DNA of 64,000 nucleotides from Guillardia theta CCMP2712 (taxonomy: Eukaryota; Protista; Cryptophyta). The position numbers and the translations under genes were made by a program. The stretch covers positions 243,779-307,778 of the forward strand of contig NW_005434651.1 of NCBI RefSeq assembly GCF_000315625.1, in the 5' to 3' direction. Position 1 is the stretch's first letter. Every line of letters starts with the position of its first letter. Positions 50,556-62,124 of this stretch are shown piece by piece. The notes beneath the pieces were generated by a model. The model was not told the origin of the DNA. It worked only from the letters and a program-made list of their open reading frames with translations, and did no database searches.

Positions 50556-51926
50556 ATGCGATCATCTTCCATCTATCTGCTCGCAGCCGCGTGTTCCCTT
50601 CTCCTGCAGTCCTGCGCGGCCCAGTGCAGTGAGGAGGAGGCCAGCTGCAAGACAGGGTCGAGGTACATCCTCAAAGATGGCAAGAAAGCTCTCGAGCTCG
50701 TGCAGGTGAGGGCGGCATGGAGGCGTCGAGCTGCTGACCCGCCTGTAGGTCATCGTGGTGCACCGACACGGGGATCGAACTCCCATCACCAAGAGCGCGG
50801 GCTCGTTTGTGCAGACAGAGGAGCTGAAGAGCATCTGGTCGTCGAAGATCAACGGGCATGAGTCCGTTCGTCGTTGGGGAGTGAGCAATCGGGACGACAC
50901 AGGGACATACATCACGCACAACATCTCCTCCTCCTCCTCCTGGCCCTTCGGTCAGCTCACCAAGCGAGGGGCCGCTCAGATGAGGAGAGTTGGGGCTGAG
51001 CTGAGGGAGAGGTACGTGGGAGACTTGAACTTCCTGCCTGTGGACTTGCCGGCTGATCACTCCGAGGAGAAGTTCTTCATATACGTGCGATCCACCCGAT
51101 ATCCGCGAACTGTCCAGAGCGTGCAGAACTTGCTGCTAGGGTTGTACCCCGAGGACACGCGGCTCGAGGAGTCAGGAGCAGCTGGAGTGATCACCATCGA
51201 GAGCCAGGAGAAAGCGTTGGACCACATGACGGGGCTGAGCGACAAGCGATGCCCGCGAGTCAGGTCGCTGCTGTCGCAGATCGACACGACAGTCAAGCCA
51301 CAAGAGAGTCACGTGAGGCTGCTCGACGAGCTCGCGGTGAGGATCAACCACACAGACAGTCAGCAGGACAAGATGGTCATCGACGTCTGGATCCACCTCG
51401 CGGACGTGTGCCACTGCCATCGCTCGCACGGCATGGACGTTCCCTTCGGACTGACGCCCAACGAGATCGACTCGCTCATGGACTACAACACGTGGATGTG
51501 GAGCACGAGAATGAACACGCCTGAGCTCAGCAAGCTCGCCATCGGCGGCTTCCTCCAGGACATCCTGCGAGAACTCAAGGCGACAGTGGCAGGAACCCCC
51601 CGGGCGAAACTGCTGGTGTTCTCCGGCCACGACTCCACGCTCTTCCCGCTGCTCAAGGCCCTCGACGCCTTCGACGAGAAGTGAGAGGGTGACGCGGAGG
51701 AGCGGGTGTTGATCTCTTGTGCAGGTGGCCCCCGTACGCCTCAAGAGTCCAGCTGGAGCTGCTCCGGGAGGTGGAGACAGGGACCTTCTATGTTCGCCTC
51801 CTCTACAACAACCAGCTCAGACATATGCTCGGCTCCTCCGACGAGTTTCTGCCCATCGAGCTGTTCTTCTCGAAGCTTGCGGGCATGGAGTCAGCTAACA
51901 TTCACGAGGAGTGTCACAGGCAGTGA
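50556..51926 (+). CDS. Secretory-pathway histidine acid phosphatase (branch 2; ACP6/lysosomal-type)
   Basis: Signal peptide MRSSSIYLLAAACSLLLQSCAA; catalytic HRHGDRTP; GQLTKRG; RSTRYPRTVQS; FSGHDSTL; WPPYAS..VRLLYN. Confidence 0.92.
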
Positions 51927-52053
51927 CATCATCTTCTTGCGATATCTTTATCTCTCAGAGAGGTTTATGCTGAAGTTATAGAGTGGTGGTGCCAGAAAGC
52001 CGTTGCCGCTACCTGTCATCAGAGTGTTGTCATGTTCGCCTTTCCCGCAGCTC

Positions 52054-52952
52054 CTAGGCGCAGCCTCCGCATGACTTCTTCTTCCCCGCAGACGAAGACT
52101 CCTCCTGCTTGGACACCTGCTCCCCTCGCCGTCAGCTCTACACCAGCGAGGGAGTGTGAACTTGCCTGAACAGTTCCCGTCGACTTGTTGGGTCCTGGAT
52201 GCTCCCCAAGTCTCTTCTTGATGTCTCTGGTGAGAGCAAAGAAAGCCTCGTCAACCATGCTCTTGTCCTTGGCCGAGGTCTCGTAGAAGGCCATGTTCAG
52301 TTGCTCTGCCGCCAGCCGTCAGCGCTGACGAGTGAGTGCAAGAAGAAACACGCTCACCAGCAAGCTTCCTTCCCTCCTCGGTGCTGACTTTTCGCTGCGC
52401 TCCAAGATCTGTCTTGTTTCCTACGAGTCGTCAGTGAGCTCGGGAGATCCCAGCGTCGCAAGCTCACCGATAAGGATCTTGTTGACGGGTTGGGAGGTAT
52501 GCTTCTCGATGTTCTTAAGCCATTCCTCGATGTTCTTGAAGGATTGCTCGTTCGTGATGTCATACACCAGAAGAATACCCATGGCATTTCGATAGTGAGC
52601 AGTAGTGATGGTTTTGAAGCGTTCCTGTCCTGCTGTGTCGAGAAGTTGGAGCTTAATCTTCTTCCCATCGAGCTCAATCGTGCGAAGCTTGAAGTCAATT
52701 CCGATCGTAGGGGTACAATTCATGTCTGCGGTTCCAGCAGGCAGTCAGGATCTCAGACGTCGAGGACAAACAAGACAAGTCACCAAACGAGTCGTCTGAG
52801 AAGCGCAGAAGGAGGGACGACTTGCCAACCCCTTCACATCCCATCACGTCGAGGGCGCAGCAAGACAAGAGTGACATACCGCTATCACCGATCAACATCA
52901 GCTTGATGAGATAATCATACGATCCCATGCTCTTTCCTCCAGCTCCAGCCAT
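52054..52952 (-). CDS. Rab GTPase, Rab8/Sec4-like (divergent), multi-exon
   Basis: [54 protein letters not shown]; C-terminus KKKSCGGCA*. Confidence 0.92.
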
Positions 52953-54719
52953 TTGAGCTAGGATATCTAGCGTTCGCGTCAGCACGGTTGACGAGCTCGC
53001 ACACGCTGGACCTGTTCGTGAAGCTAAGGCTGAGTTCTGTTCTTGTTCCTGGTGCGAGCGTCTGGTCTGTGACACAAGTCATCTTCATTGAAAAAACAAC
53101 CTTCCCAGACACGATTGTTGACCGCTGACTACATGCAACCGTTGAAAAACTACCCAACCACAGCTTGCCACTACTATCGTAGTATCTTGCACTGCAACAC
53201 TATACTGCCCAAGACCAATCTATGATGACATTCCTACTCTTGACCTCATATCAATCAGCACTACAATCTACCCTCAATTCCGAGTAAACAATGCAGGCAA
53301 GTGTAGCAAGCCTCAATCTTTCGGTAATTTCCGACAAAAATAGTGAAATCCGATATCTCTCGCTCGGCAGATGCCATCCATAAACATCTGAAAGACATCA
53401 TGCACATGTTGTCTTGTTATCGATCAATCACATCAGGCGCGATAGTCTTGCATGTCATTTCTAGTGCAAAATCCCATCCAAAATCTTCGAGAACGGGAAT
53501 ATACTCATTGCTTTCCAGGTAATTCAACGGACAGTTATCTCCCCACCTCCATATTCGCTCTAACATGCATCTTCACACGATGCTGATTGATTTCAACTCA
53601 TCGAGCAACCAACATCCCTTGAAATCACCTCAAGCTTCACTGTGTGTCTCAGAAACAATTTCTTGTTCCTGGCGCTCTCGTTCCCTGAGTTTGTTCATCA
53701 CACCTTCCCCCCTTGGCTTGTTCACTTTCTTTTCTCTTCTCGTCATCTTCCTACCTTCCAGCATGAAACTGATCATCTCCCCCCTCTTCCTCTCTCCCTC
53801 CTCTATTTCTTCTTCCTGCTCGTTCACAGCTCCCCATCTCCCCGGCTCCATAGCCGCCTTGCCTAGACCCTACTCACCCCTACCCCTCTACCCACTTCTC
53901 TACACCTACCCCACCGAGCCGTCATACCCCCACCCAGTGAGCTTGTCCATTACCACCCTACCACCAACGATCCTCAACCCCTTTGCAAGGAACATCCAGG
54001 AAACCATTTCAAATTGTTGAGAGCTTTTCAACTTTGACCCCCAACCACTCTAAAATACACCCTTTACTCCTCATACCCTTATGTTGAATTCGATGTTTTG
54101 ACCCTCCAAATTTGGACTACCCACCCCGACAGTAAGATTAATTCATCCTACCCTATGAAATCACCAATGAAACTACCCCACCCCTCTTCTTTCTGCTTAA
54201 CCCCACCAATGTCTTCACGACACCCACCCACCCATGCTGCCTCATCTCCATCATTCCCCTTACCCCCTTCTCCTCCCCTCAAAACCGGCTGGGTCAAAGG
54301 TACCCACCCCACAACATCAAATACCCCCTTGTATCCCCTGGAGCCATAATATTTAGAACCGGTAGTATGACTACCCCTACTTGGGAACTGAAGGCAGTCC
54401 ATCAGTTCTCCTCTCCTCTACGTCTCCTCTCGTGCCAACCAGGGGGTAGGGGATATAACCCCTACCAGTGACTACCCGTAAATTCTATATATCACCGGTT
54501 TGAAACACCTAAAAAATACCCTCTAGAGGTCAACGGGGTCAGAACCCCCACTGTCAGTTTTTCCATGAACAGGCAGCAAGGGGGTGGACAGTACCCCCTT
54601 ATGATCGAACAACCCAGGGGTAGCTCATCGGTCTAGGACCCGGGTACTTTCCCTAGAAGGCTTCTAACGAAGGCAGACGCACACGGGTGGGTCCTGATAC
54701 GAATCGATCTAGCGAAACC

Positions 54720-55000
54720 GCATACCGTCCATCGGACTCAGTACTGGGCAGTAGTGACTGAGGCCTCGGAGCGTGACGGCCCGGCCAAGCCGCCCGGGCC
54801 GCCGGTCAGTGGACCGCACTGGGTGGCCCGTGGGCCCGGCCGGGCTGTCACCGTACCCGCGGCGACTGACCGTCCGATCAGCGCGGCCCGGCCCCGCCCG
54901 GCCGTCCTTACCGTCACAGTGACACAGCCTGGCAACACTCAGACTAGTGGGCCTGTAGTAGAACGGTCAGAGAGTTTATTTAAGTTAGGTCGGTTAAATC
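54720..55000. other. GC-rich palindromic island
   Basis: Same word content as the other islands; preceded by a TACCCC-rich tract at 53870-54660. Confidence 0.55.
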
Positions 55001-55049
55001 TGTTTGGTGTCTATCGACGTGAGCACCTGCCAACGTGTCAAGACTGCAG

Positions 55050-56641
55050 TCAAACTAGGCTCGAGGAGATTGAAACCTGCACAGTCTCAAGTATGCTGCC
55101 ATCCAAGCTCACATCCCGCGCGTGGGCTCTGTTGGCGAACGGCCCATGGTGCATGTTCATCTCGATCTGGTTTCTGTGCTTGTGCTCTCCTCGTCCTTGC
55201 AAGATGTAGGAGCCGAATGCCAGGAGCAGGATCGATGAGATCCTGCCGGCCAGCCCGACGATGGTGTCTGGAAGCGGCTCGGAGAGCGCAAGGATGCCAA
55301 AGATCACTGGAGGGGAGCAACACGGGTGAGGGAACAGTCATCAGTGTACGACGAGGCGGAAGAGCAAGACAAACCTGCGACCAGCAACGCAATCAAGTTG
55401 CTGTATGTGACAACTGCCAGCGCTCTGCCATCCTTCAGGCCCCTCGTTTGAGCCACAAAACCCTGTGAGGTCGTCACCCGAACAACAGGAAGGAAGGAGA
55501 CTTACCGTCGACGTCAACAGAATGCTGAGGAAGATACCAAATGGAGCTGCAAAAGTTGAGCCGTTCTCCAGCGCGATCTTCATCCCCGTCCTGCAGAAGC
55601 ACTGGCTGTCAAACTTCCCACGGGCAGCACGACACCACGAGGGATTCACCTGGTAGAGCATGCCGAAGTACCGAAGCACACGCCAGCACAGATCGAAGAC
55701 GAGATGTCTTGAGGTATGAGCCTCTTTCTATGCAGGAGCTCACTGAACGCAGCCACGGAGAAGAAGAAGAGGAGGAGCAGGAAGGCGATGGAGAAATAAA
55801 ACTCCTCCGGCCCGTCTCTCTCCACCGAGGTCCAACTGATCCCAAGGGTCCCCACGATGCAGATCACACAACCGACCCAGTCCATGAACTGCATCCGGTC
55901 GGATGTCAAGTAGTGAGAAAATATGGCAACAAACGCCAGGCCGCTGCCCAGCACCGGCTGAACCACCGAGACATGCGCGAGGGAGAGGGCAACAAGGGTC
56001 ATCAGGGCCCCACTAACATCCAAGATGAATCCTGTCAGCCACCAAGGGTTCGCGAGGTAACTTCGCACTACGTTCCCCTTCATCTGCAGCAGAGGCAGAT
56101 CCTCCGTGCCTCGTTTTTGACACACCTTCCCGAGGTTCACCGACAGAGACGCAAGCAAGGCCACCAAGAACCCCAACCGCACTGAGCTGTCTGACTGCAC
56201 TGGCTCCTCCCGCCCCACGTGCGATGAGTTGCTCCGGGGGCTTCCCTGGGCTGCCTCCAGCCTATCGTTGTCGACAGCAACACTCCCTGCATGAAGAGTT
56301 CGTTTGAAAGCTCGCTCCTCTGCAACTATTCTACCTCCCATGTCATCATCTAGACTGTGTCGGTCATGCGCATTCTTGGACGAATGGTCACTTTCACGCT
56401 TGTGGTTGATGATGACGGAAGAGAGCAGTGGATTGGATTCAACAGGATGAGCCAGCATCGTCCGGGACGGGTGAGAGTTCGGCTCATGTCGACCTCCCTG
56501 ATGAGAAAGAGCAAGCCTCCTCGGGCTTAGTGGGGGTTGAAAGATCTGTGCTGCCGCAGGCGCCCACAACAGGAGAGTTGACAACAAGAAAACGATCTGA
56601 ATCGCATCGCTTCGCCTCAAACGCTTTGAAGAAACAGCCAT
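55050..56641 (-). CDS. NIPA/DMT-superfamily probable magnesium transporter with N-terminal extension
   Basis: LASLSVNLGKVCQKRGTEDLPLL..YLANPWWLTGFILDVSGALMTLVALSLAHVSVVQPVLGSGLAFVAIFSH..DWVG, plus further TM-coding exons. Confidence 0.85.
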
Positions 56642-56995
56642 GGCTCGTTGAGACACGATCAATGCTCTATCTATGCCGTGCAGCAGACCTTACCGCGTCT
56701 CACTCTGCCCCTGCAATCCCAGTCCATTCCCGCTAATTTCTGGCAGTGCTTTCCGTTCGCAGCAGCAGACTCAGCCACATTTCCTCCCTCCATCTCGATC
56801 GACCCTGTTTCAACGTCTTCTTTCCCAGTTTCCCTTCCCTCGCCTGTTTCCCTCTGCCTGCCAATGCCTGTGGTGCTACTGCTTGCTGTTGCCTTGCTCC
56901 TGCCCCTGCTCCTGCTCTCACTCTTGCTCCTGCTCTTTAGCAGGAACAGCAATCCTGCTCCCCCCACACCCTCATCTTCCTCTTCCTCTTCTCTT

Positions 56996-57051
<56 letters not shown>

Positions 57052-57189
57052 TCTCTTCTCTTCTCTTCTCTCCCTGTCTTCCTCTCCCTATTCCACCTGC
57101 CCAATTGCGTCAACTCAGTCACAGTACCCACCCATTCCTATGAATTGTCACTCAGATGTACCCCTCCTTCTAGCCAAAAATCATCCACT

Positions 57190-58050
57190 CGAGTCCGAAC
57201 CACTGACCGGTGAAATCGGGCCCGGCTCGTTTTACCGGCCGGGCCGCGGAGTTAAGTGACTAATAAGTCACTGTCAACTGGCAAGGCCGTTTAGCGGCAC
57301 CGTGCACCGGGCCCGGCCCTTCGGCGGCGCAACGGCGTTGAGCGCACTGAGCCCGGACTCCCGGGGCCCGGGCCCCGGCGGCGCCGGCGGCGAGGGCCGC
57401 CCATCATACTATGATAATGCATGCCATCCGGGACTCTGTGACGCATATGCTCAGCGGCACGTCCCGCCAAAGCCCTTGACTGAGGCCTCAGTTCGAGTCG
57501 GACGGTCTTCCGCCATCGGACTCGAGTCGCTCAGCTCGCGGCGAACTTGGCAACTCAGCAGTGGCGCGGCCTGAGTCACCGTCTCAGTTCAACGGCCGCT
57601 TCTACAATGCGGCGGCCCAGTGCACGCAGTGCAACTTGGGGAACTTCCCCATGACACAGTGACTGACGCCGGCAGCACGGGCCGGCCCGGATGGCCCCGG
57701 CGGCGAGTCTCGGCCTCGCACTGCGGCAAGACGCCGGTCACCGATCGCCTCAGGTGATCCGACTTGCAAACGCAGCCTGCGCACTGTGCCATCGGCGGTC
57801 CAGGTGACCGTCTTCAAGCCTGTTCGCTGGGCTATGACATGGCATCGCGGGTCACTGTACGGTCCGTCACGGCGTGCATTTCGAAGTTCCCGGTCCGGTA
57901 CCGTACTCAGTGTATGCGTCTCATTCCTTTGGCGGCGGTCGCCACAGCGACATCCGCGGCGGCGCCGATCCGACGGCGCGCCGCGGCTGGCATGGCGCGG
58001 GGGAATGAGTCCCGGTGCGCGCAGTTAAGTGAAGGTATCAGTTACAATCA
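57190..58050. other. GC-rich palindromic island
   Basis: CCGG/GGCC/GTCAC/ACTGAG-dense; contains hairpin AGTGACT-aata-AGTCACT; flanked by TACCC/GGGGTA tracts and, further out, CT- and GA-rich tracts. Confidence 0.6.
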
Positions 58051-58679
58051 GTCACTACAGCCCATCAAGTTAAAAAGAACACTACATTTGAAGGTTTCCT
58101 CTATCCGGGCCGAACCATTATTGCTTCGGGAACCGAGCCGGAGGGCCTCAGAGCGACCTCGTATGACTCTTCAAACCCACCCCACCCCTTGACTGACGGC
58201 TGACGGCTCTCAGGAGGCTGACGGAAACCAGTGAGGGATCGCCTTGAAAGGAGGGGTACTCGCGGCCCTTTTGGGGGTCGCACCCGGGTGGTCCGTCGCT
58301 TCTCGCACACCGTACGTGTCGGGGTCTTTCAGATGGGGAGTAGATGTAAGGGGGGTGGGGTGGTAGTATGGTGCGACAGCCTGTACCCTGTCACGTATTA
58401 CCACCACCCCTTCACGGAATTGGGGATCACCACCGGTGGTACTGCACCTCCTGGGAACTGATGAAAGGGGGCGGATCTGTCGGGGCGCTGACGCGAATAC
58501 GAGGCGAGGAGATCGTCGAGGGACGGGGGGGAGACGAAGTGGCGAAGACAAGGAGAGGGAGAGGGGGAGCTGAGGACAGGATAGAGAAAGGAAGGAAGAG
58601 GAAAGAGCACGAGATGAAAGCCAGGTAACACACATCATGTGGACAAAGATGAGGAAGAGAAAGCAGGGAGTTGGGACAA

Positions 58680-59921
58680 ATGCTTGCGGGAGAAATACAA
58701 AGCATGTACAGCACAGGTATGAAGAGTACTGCAGATGAAACGAAGAACAAACGTCAAATCAAGGATCATACAACACCTTCCAAGTGCAGGAGACAAATAC
58801 AGCAGCAGATTACAAGGAAGGCTCCACCCAATCCAAATAACCCCATGACGACAGTTGATGACGAGGCAAACACATTCTTCGAAAGTACTAGGCCATCCCT
58901 GCAAGAAGACTGCCCAGCCTTCCTCCAGCTCGCCGCCCTCCATCAAACCTTCCAGCAGCCCGACCTCGACCGCTGCGACTCCTTCGCCATCCGCAGATCC
59001 TCCCTCCTCGTCGGTGACCTCCTCGGCCAAGGCTCCTCCGGCGAGGTCAGGAGCGCCCTCTACAACGGTACCACCGTCGCCGTCAAGACTCTCTGCTCCC
59101 AGCTCGACGTCCGCTCCAACGAGGGCAAGGACCTGCTCAAGGAGATCGGCATGATGAGCCACGCGTTCCGGCACAAGAACGTGGTTGACTTCTACGGCAT
59201 CTACGAGCACGACGGGCTGCCGTGGCTGGTGATGGAGCTCATGCCCGGCGGGAGCCTCGAGCACTACTACGAGGCCAAGAAGCGCTCCCGACGCGACGGG
59301 CGCTGGCGGCCCAAGACGAGGAGGGCGGTGTCGTGGGTGGAGGACATCCTGAGCGCGCTGGCGTACCTGCACTCGCAGAAGCCGCCGGTGATCCACCGAG
59401 ACATCAAGCCGGCGAACATGCTGCTGACGGGGGACGGGAGGACGGTGAAGATCGGAGACTTCGGGCTCAGCCGCATGTGCCCGCACGAAGAAATGCCGCG
59501 AGAGATGAAGACGTGTCGGGTGGATGCCTGTAGGTTTGAATGCAGTAGCAGACTTGAGCTGACGGGGACGACGGGGACGTACCGGTACATGGCGCCGGAG
59601 ATCTTCCGGGGAGAGACTCGGTACACTGCGGCAGTGGACGTGTACTCGTTCTCGCTGGTGATGTGGTACATCTTCGCCGGCGAGCATCCCTTTGCCGAGA
59701 TGGATGGACACACGGTTGCGAGCATGGCGGCGAGACAATACATGCGTCCTGCTGTACCTAGCGATCGGGCGATGCCGAGGGAGTTACAGGAGATGATGAA
59801 GCGGGCATGGGCGGGGAGGGGGGAGGAACGGCCGGGGGCAGAGGAGCTACTGGAGGAGGTGGAGGCATGGAGTGGGAAGGTAGCAAGGTGTTTTGATTTT
59901 AGAATCGCTCTGTCATGGTAG
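58680..59921 (+). CDS. Tyrosine-kinase-like (TKL) Ser/Thr protein kinase, intronless, copy 1 (start codon uncertain)
   Basis: GQGSSGEV, VAVKTL, HRDIKPANML, KIGDFGLSR, TGTTGTYRYMAPE, VDVYSFS. Confidence 0.9.
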   Translation: MLAGEIQSMYSTGMKSTADETKNKRQIKDHTTPSKCRRQIQQQITRKAPPNPNNPMTTVDDEANTFFESTRPSLQEDCPAFLQLAALHQTFQQPDLDRCDSFAIRRSSLLVGDLLGQGSSGEVRSALYNGTTVAVKTLCSQLDVRSNEGKDLLKEIGMMSHAFRHKNVVDFYGIYEHDGLPWLVMELMPGGSLEHYYEAKKRSRRDGRWRPKTRRAVSWVEDILSALAYLHSQKPPVIHRDIKPANMLLTGDGRTVKIGDFGLSRMCPHEEMPREMKTCRVDACRFECSSRLELTGTTGTYRYMAPEIFRGETRYTAAVDVYSFSLVMWYIFAGEHPFAEMDGHTVASMAARQYMRPAVPSDRAMPRELQEMMKRAWAGRGEERPGAEELLEEVEAWSGKVARCFDFRIALSW

Positions 59922-60388
59922 AGGTGGTTCTCTCCTGAGATTCAAAGTTTTCGATCTGATTTATCAAAGTACTTTATTTCAGCCTTGGTGACCCCCTGCG
60001 GACAATTGCGGCAGCATCGTCCCAAGTTTCCCATCGACCGTCCTGTCGTGCCGCCCGTGCAGGCAAGGCGGAGCCTGGAGTTGGAACTTAACAAGAATGT
60101 TATCTTGGGTGGAGCGTTCCTTAAAGTTGTCCACATTAGTAGAGGGATCCACGTTCAGGATCACCCCAACTTCTGCTTGCTAGGAGTCCTTGCTTTCTCA
60201 AGCCGCTAGACATTATTGGGTAGGCGTGGGGTCAGTCGGCTGTACATGCGGGGTGGGGTCAGTCGGGCCGCTAAGGGGTTTTGTGTCTGCGTCCTCTTGG
60301 CAAAACTGCCCTCTTTCTCAAACGGGAGGACAGAACAAGGACGAGAGAGATCGAGAAAGCTTCAACACTTCTCACCCAACCTGGACAA

Positions 60389-60500
60389 GCAAGGACCTGC
60401 TCAAGGAGATCGGCATGATGAGCCACGCGTTCCGGCACAAGAACGTCGTTGACTTCTACGGCATCTACGAGCACGACGGGCTGCCGTGGCTGGTGATGGA
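60389..60500 (+). pseudogene. Internal fragment of the TKL kinase gene
   Basis: 112 nt near-identical to the KDLLKEIGMMSHAFRHKNVVDFYGIYEHDGLPWLVME-coding segment, with unrelated flanks. Confidence 0.85.
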
Positions 60501-60947
60501 ACTAACACTGATGCGGGGATAAGCCAGCAACGTAGCGATAGTGCACTTAGGTATGAGCAGATGCCCTATGAAGCTAGATTTGTTGATCAGATCGTACAAA
60601 TGTGCGGTACCGTACGTCTACGTCACTTAGTACACAATATCGATTCTACCACTGTATATAAATCACGCCAGGGTACCCGGCCACTCTCCTCGTATGGAGG
60701 CTCTTCAAACACGTCGACTTGCGGGACAAACTGGTTGGGGGTGGGAAGAAGGGGGGAAGGGGGAAGAGTGTAGAGGAGAGGGGTACTCTCGGAGTCAGAT
60801 ACGGCTGTGTCAAGGTGGTTTAACTTCAGATGGACCAGTCCTCTCTACCAGATTCACCCACCCTTGCAACCCCTCCTCCCTGTGGCAAGTTTAAAAGTGG
60901 ACGTCGCAAACGCTAGGGTACAACAATGCTGAGATAACTGATAAGGC

Positions 60948-62099
60948 TTGTCTCCGCAAACAACAGCATATGCCCCAGAACGAACACTTACATTAGACAA
61001 CTCAGTATCTGAAATCAAGCTTGTTTGCTGTCCCTCTCTGCAAGAAGACTGCCCAGCCTTCCTCCAGCTCGCTGCCCTCCATCAAACCTTCCAGCAGCCC
61101 GACCTAGACCGCTGCGACTCCTTCGCCATCCGCAGATCCTCCCTCCTCGTCGGTGACCTCCTCGGCCAAGGCTCCTCCGGCGAGGTCAGGAGCGCCCTCT
61201 ACAACGGTACCACCGTCGCCGTCAAGACTCTCTGCTCCCAGCTCGACGTCCGCTCCAACGAGGGCAAGGACCTGCTCAAGGAGATCGGCATGATGAGCCA
61301 CGCGTTCCGGCACAAGAACGTGGTTGATTTCTACGGCATCTACGAGCACGACGGGCTGCCGTGGCTGGTGATGGAGCTCATGCCCGGCGGGAGCCTCGAG
61401 CACTACTACGAGGCCAAGAAGCGCTCCCGACTCGACGGGCGCTGGCGGCCCAAGACGAGGAGGGCGGTGTCGTGGGTGGAGGACATCCTGAGCGCGCTGG
61501 CGTACCTGCACTCGCAGAAGCCGCCGGTGATCCACCGAGACATCAAGCCGGCGAACATGCTGCTGACGGGGGACGGGAGGACGGTGAAGATCGGAGACTT
61601 CGGGCTCAGCCGCATGTGCCCGCACGAAGAAATGCCGCGAGAGATGAAGACGTGTCGGGTGGATGCCTGTAGGTTTGAATGCAGTAGCAGACTTGAGCTG
61701 ACGGGTACGACGGGGACGTACCGGTACATGGCGCCGGAGATCTTCCGGGGAGAGACTCGGTACACTGCAGCAGTGGACGTGTACTCGTTCTCGCTGGTGA
61801 TGTGGTACATCTTCGCCGGCGAGCATCCCTTTGCCGAGATGGATGGACACACGGTTGTGAGCATGGCGGCGAGACAATACATTCGCCCGGGGCTGTCGAG
61901 CGTTGCAAGGATGCCGAGGGAGCTACAGGAGATGATGAAGCGGGCATGGGCGGGGAGGGGGGAGGAACGGCCGGGGGCAGAGGAGCTACTGGAGGAGGTG
62001 GAGGCATGGAGAGGAAAGAATGTGAGCTGTGTAAGCTATTTCGGATGGAATCGCAGTCGCGGAAAACGATACCCGGAAATTTGTTCTAAAAATTGTTAG
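60948..62099 (+). CDS. TKL protein kinase, copy 2 (no in-frame ATG upstream of the kinase domain; possibly 5'-truncated or spliced)
   Basis: Near-identical to copy 1 from SLQEDCPAF to EEVEAW; N- and C-termini differ. Confidence 0.75.
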   Translation: MSPQTTAYAPERTLTLDNSVSEIKLVCCPSLQEDCPAFLQLAALHQTFQQPDLDRCDSFAIRRSSLLVGDLLGQGSSGEVRSALYNGTTVAVKTLCSQLDVRSNEGKDLLKEIGMMSHAFRHKNVVDFYGIYEHDGLPWLVMELMPGGSLEHYYEAKKRSRLDGRWRPKTRRAVSWVEDILSALAYLHSQKPPVIHRDIKPANMLLTGDGRTVKIGDFGLSRMCPHEEMPREMKTCRVDACRFECSSRLELTGTTGTYRYMAPEIFRGETRYTAAVDVYSFSLVMWYIFAGEHPFAEMDGHTVVSMAARQYIRPGLSSVARMPRELQEMMKRAWAGRGEERPGAEELLEEVEAWRGKNVSCVSYFGWNRSRGKRYPEICSKNC

Positions 62100-62124
62100 C
62101 AGTAAAGTACAAGTCACTACCGAG

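Noticed and set aside
53100-53850. Possible small gene upstream of the Rab
   Set aside because: Only short ORFs with no recognisable motif or consistent exon chain.
54610-54700. tRNA-like start GGGGTAGCTCATCGGTCTAGG
   Set aside because: No T-arm (GTTCGA) and no acceptor-stem pairing follow.
58635-59743. Long antisense ORFs over the kinase (and similarly over the collagen and giant genes)
   Set aside because: Expected shadow ORFs of GC3-rich coding sequence, with no independent motifs.
59942-60164. Faint ubiquitin-like wording on the minus strand (ILNVDPSTNVDNFKE..RLRL..GG)
   Set aside because: Split across frames and too weak to support without a search.
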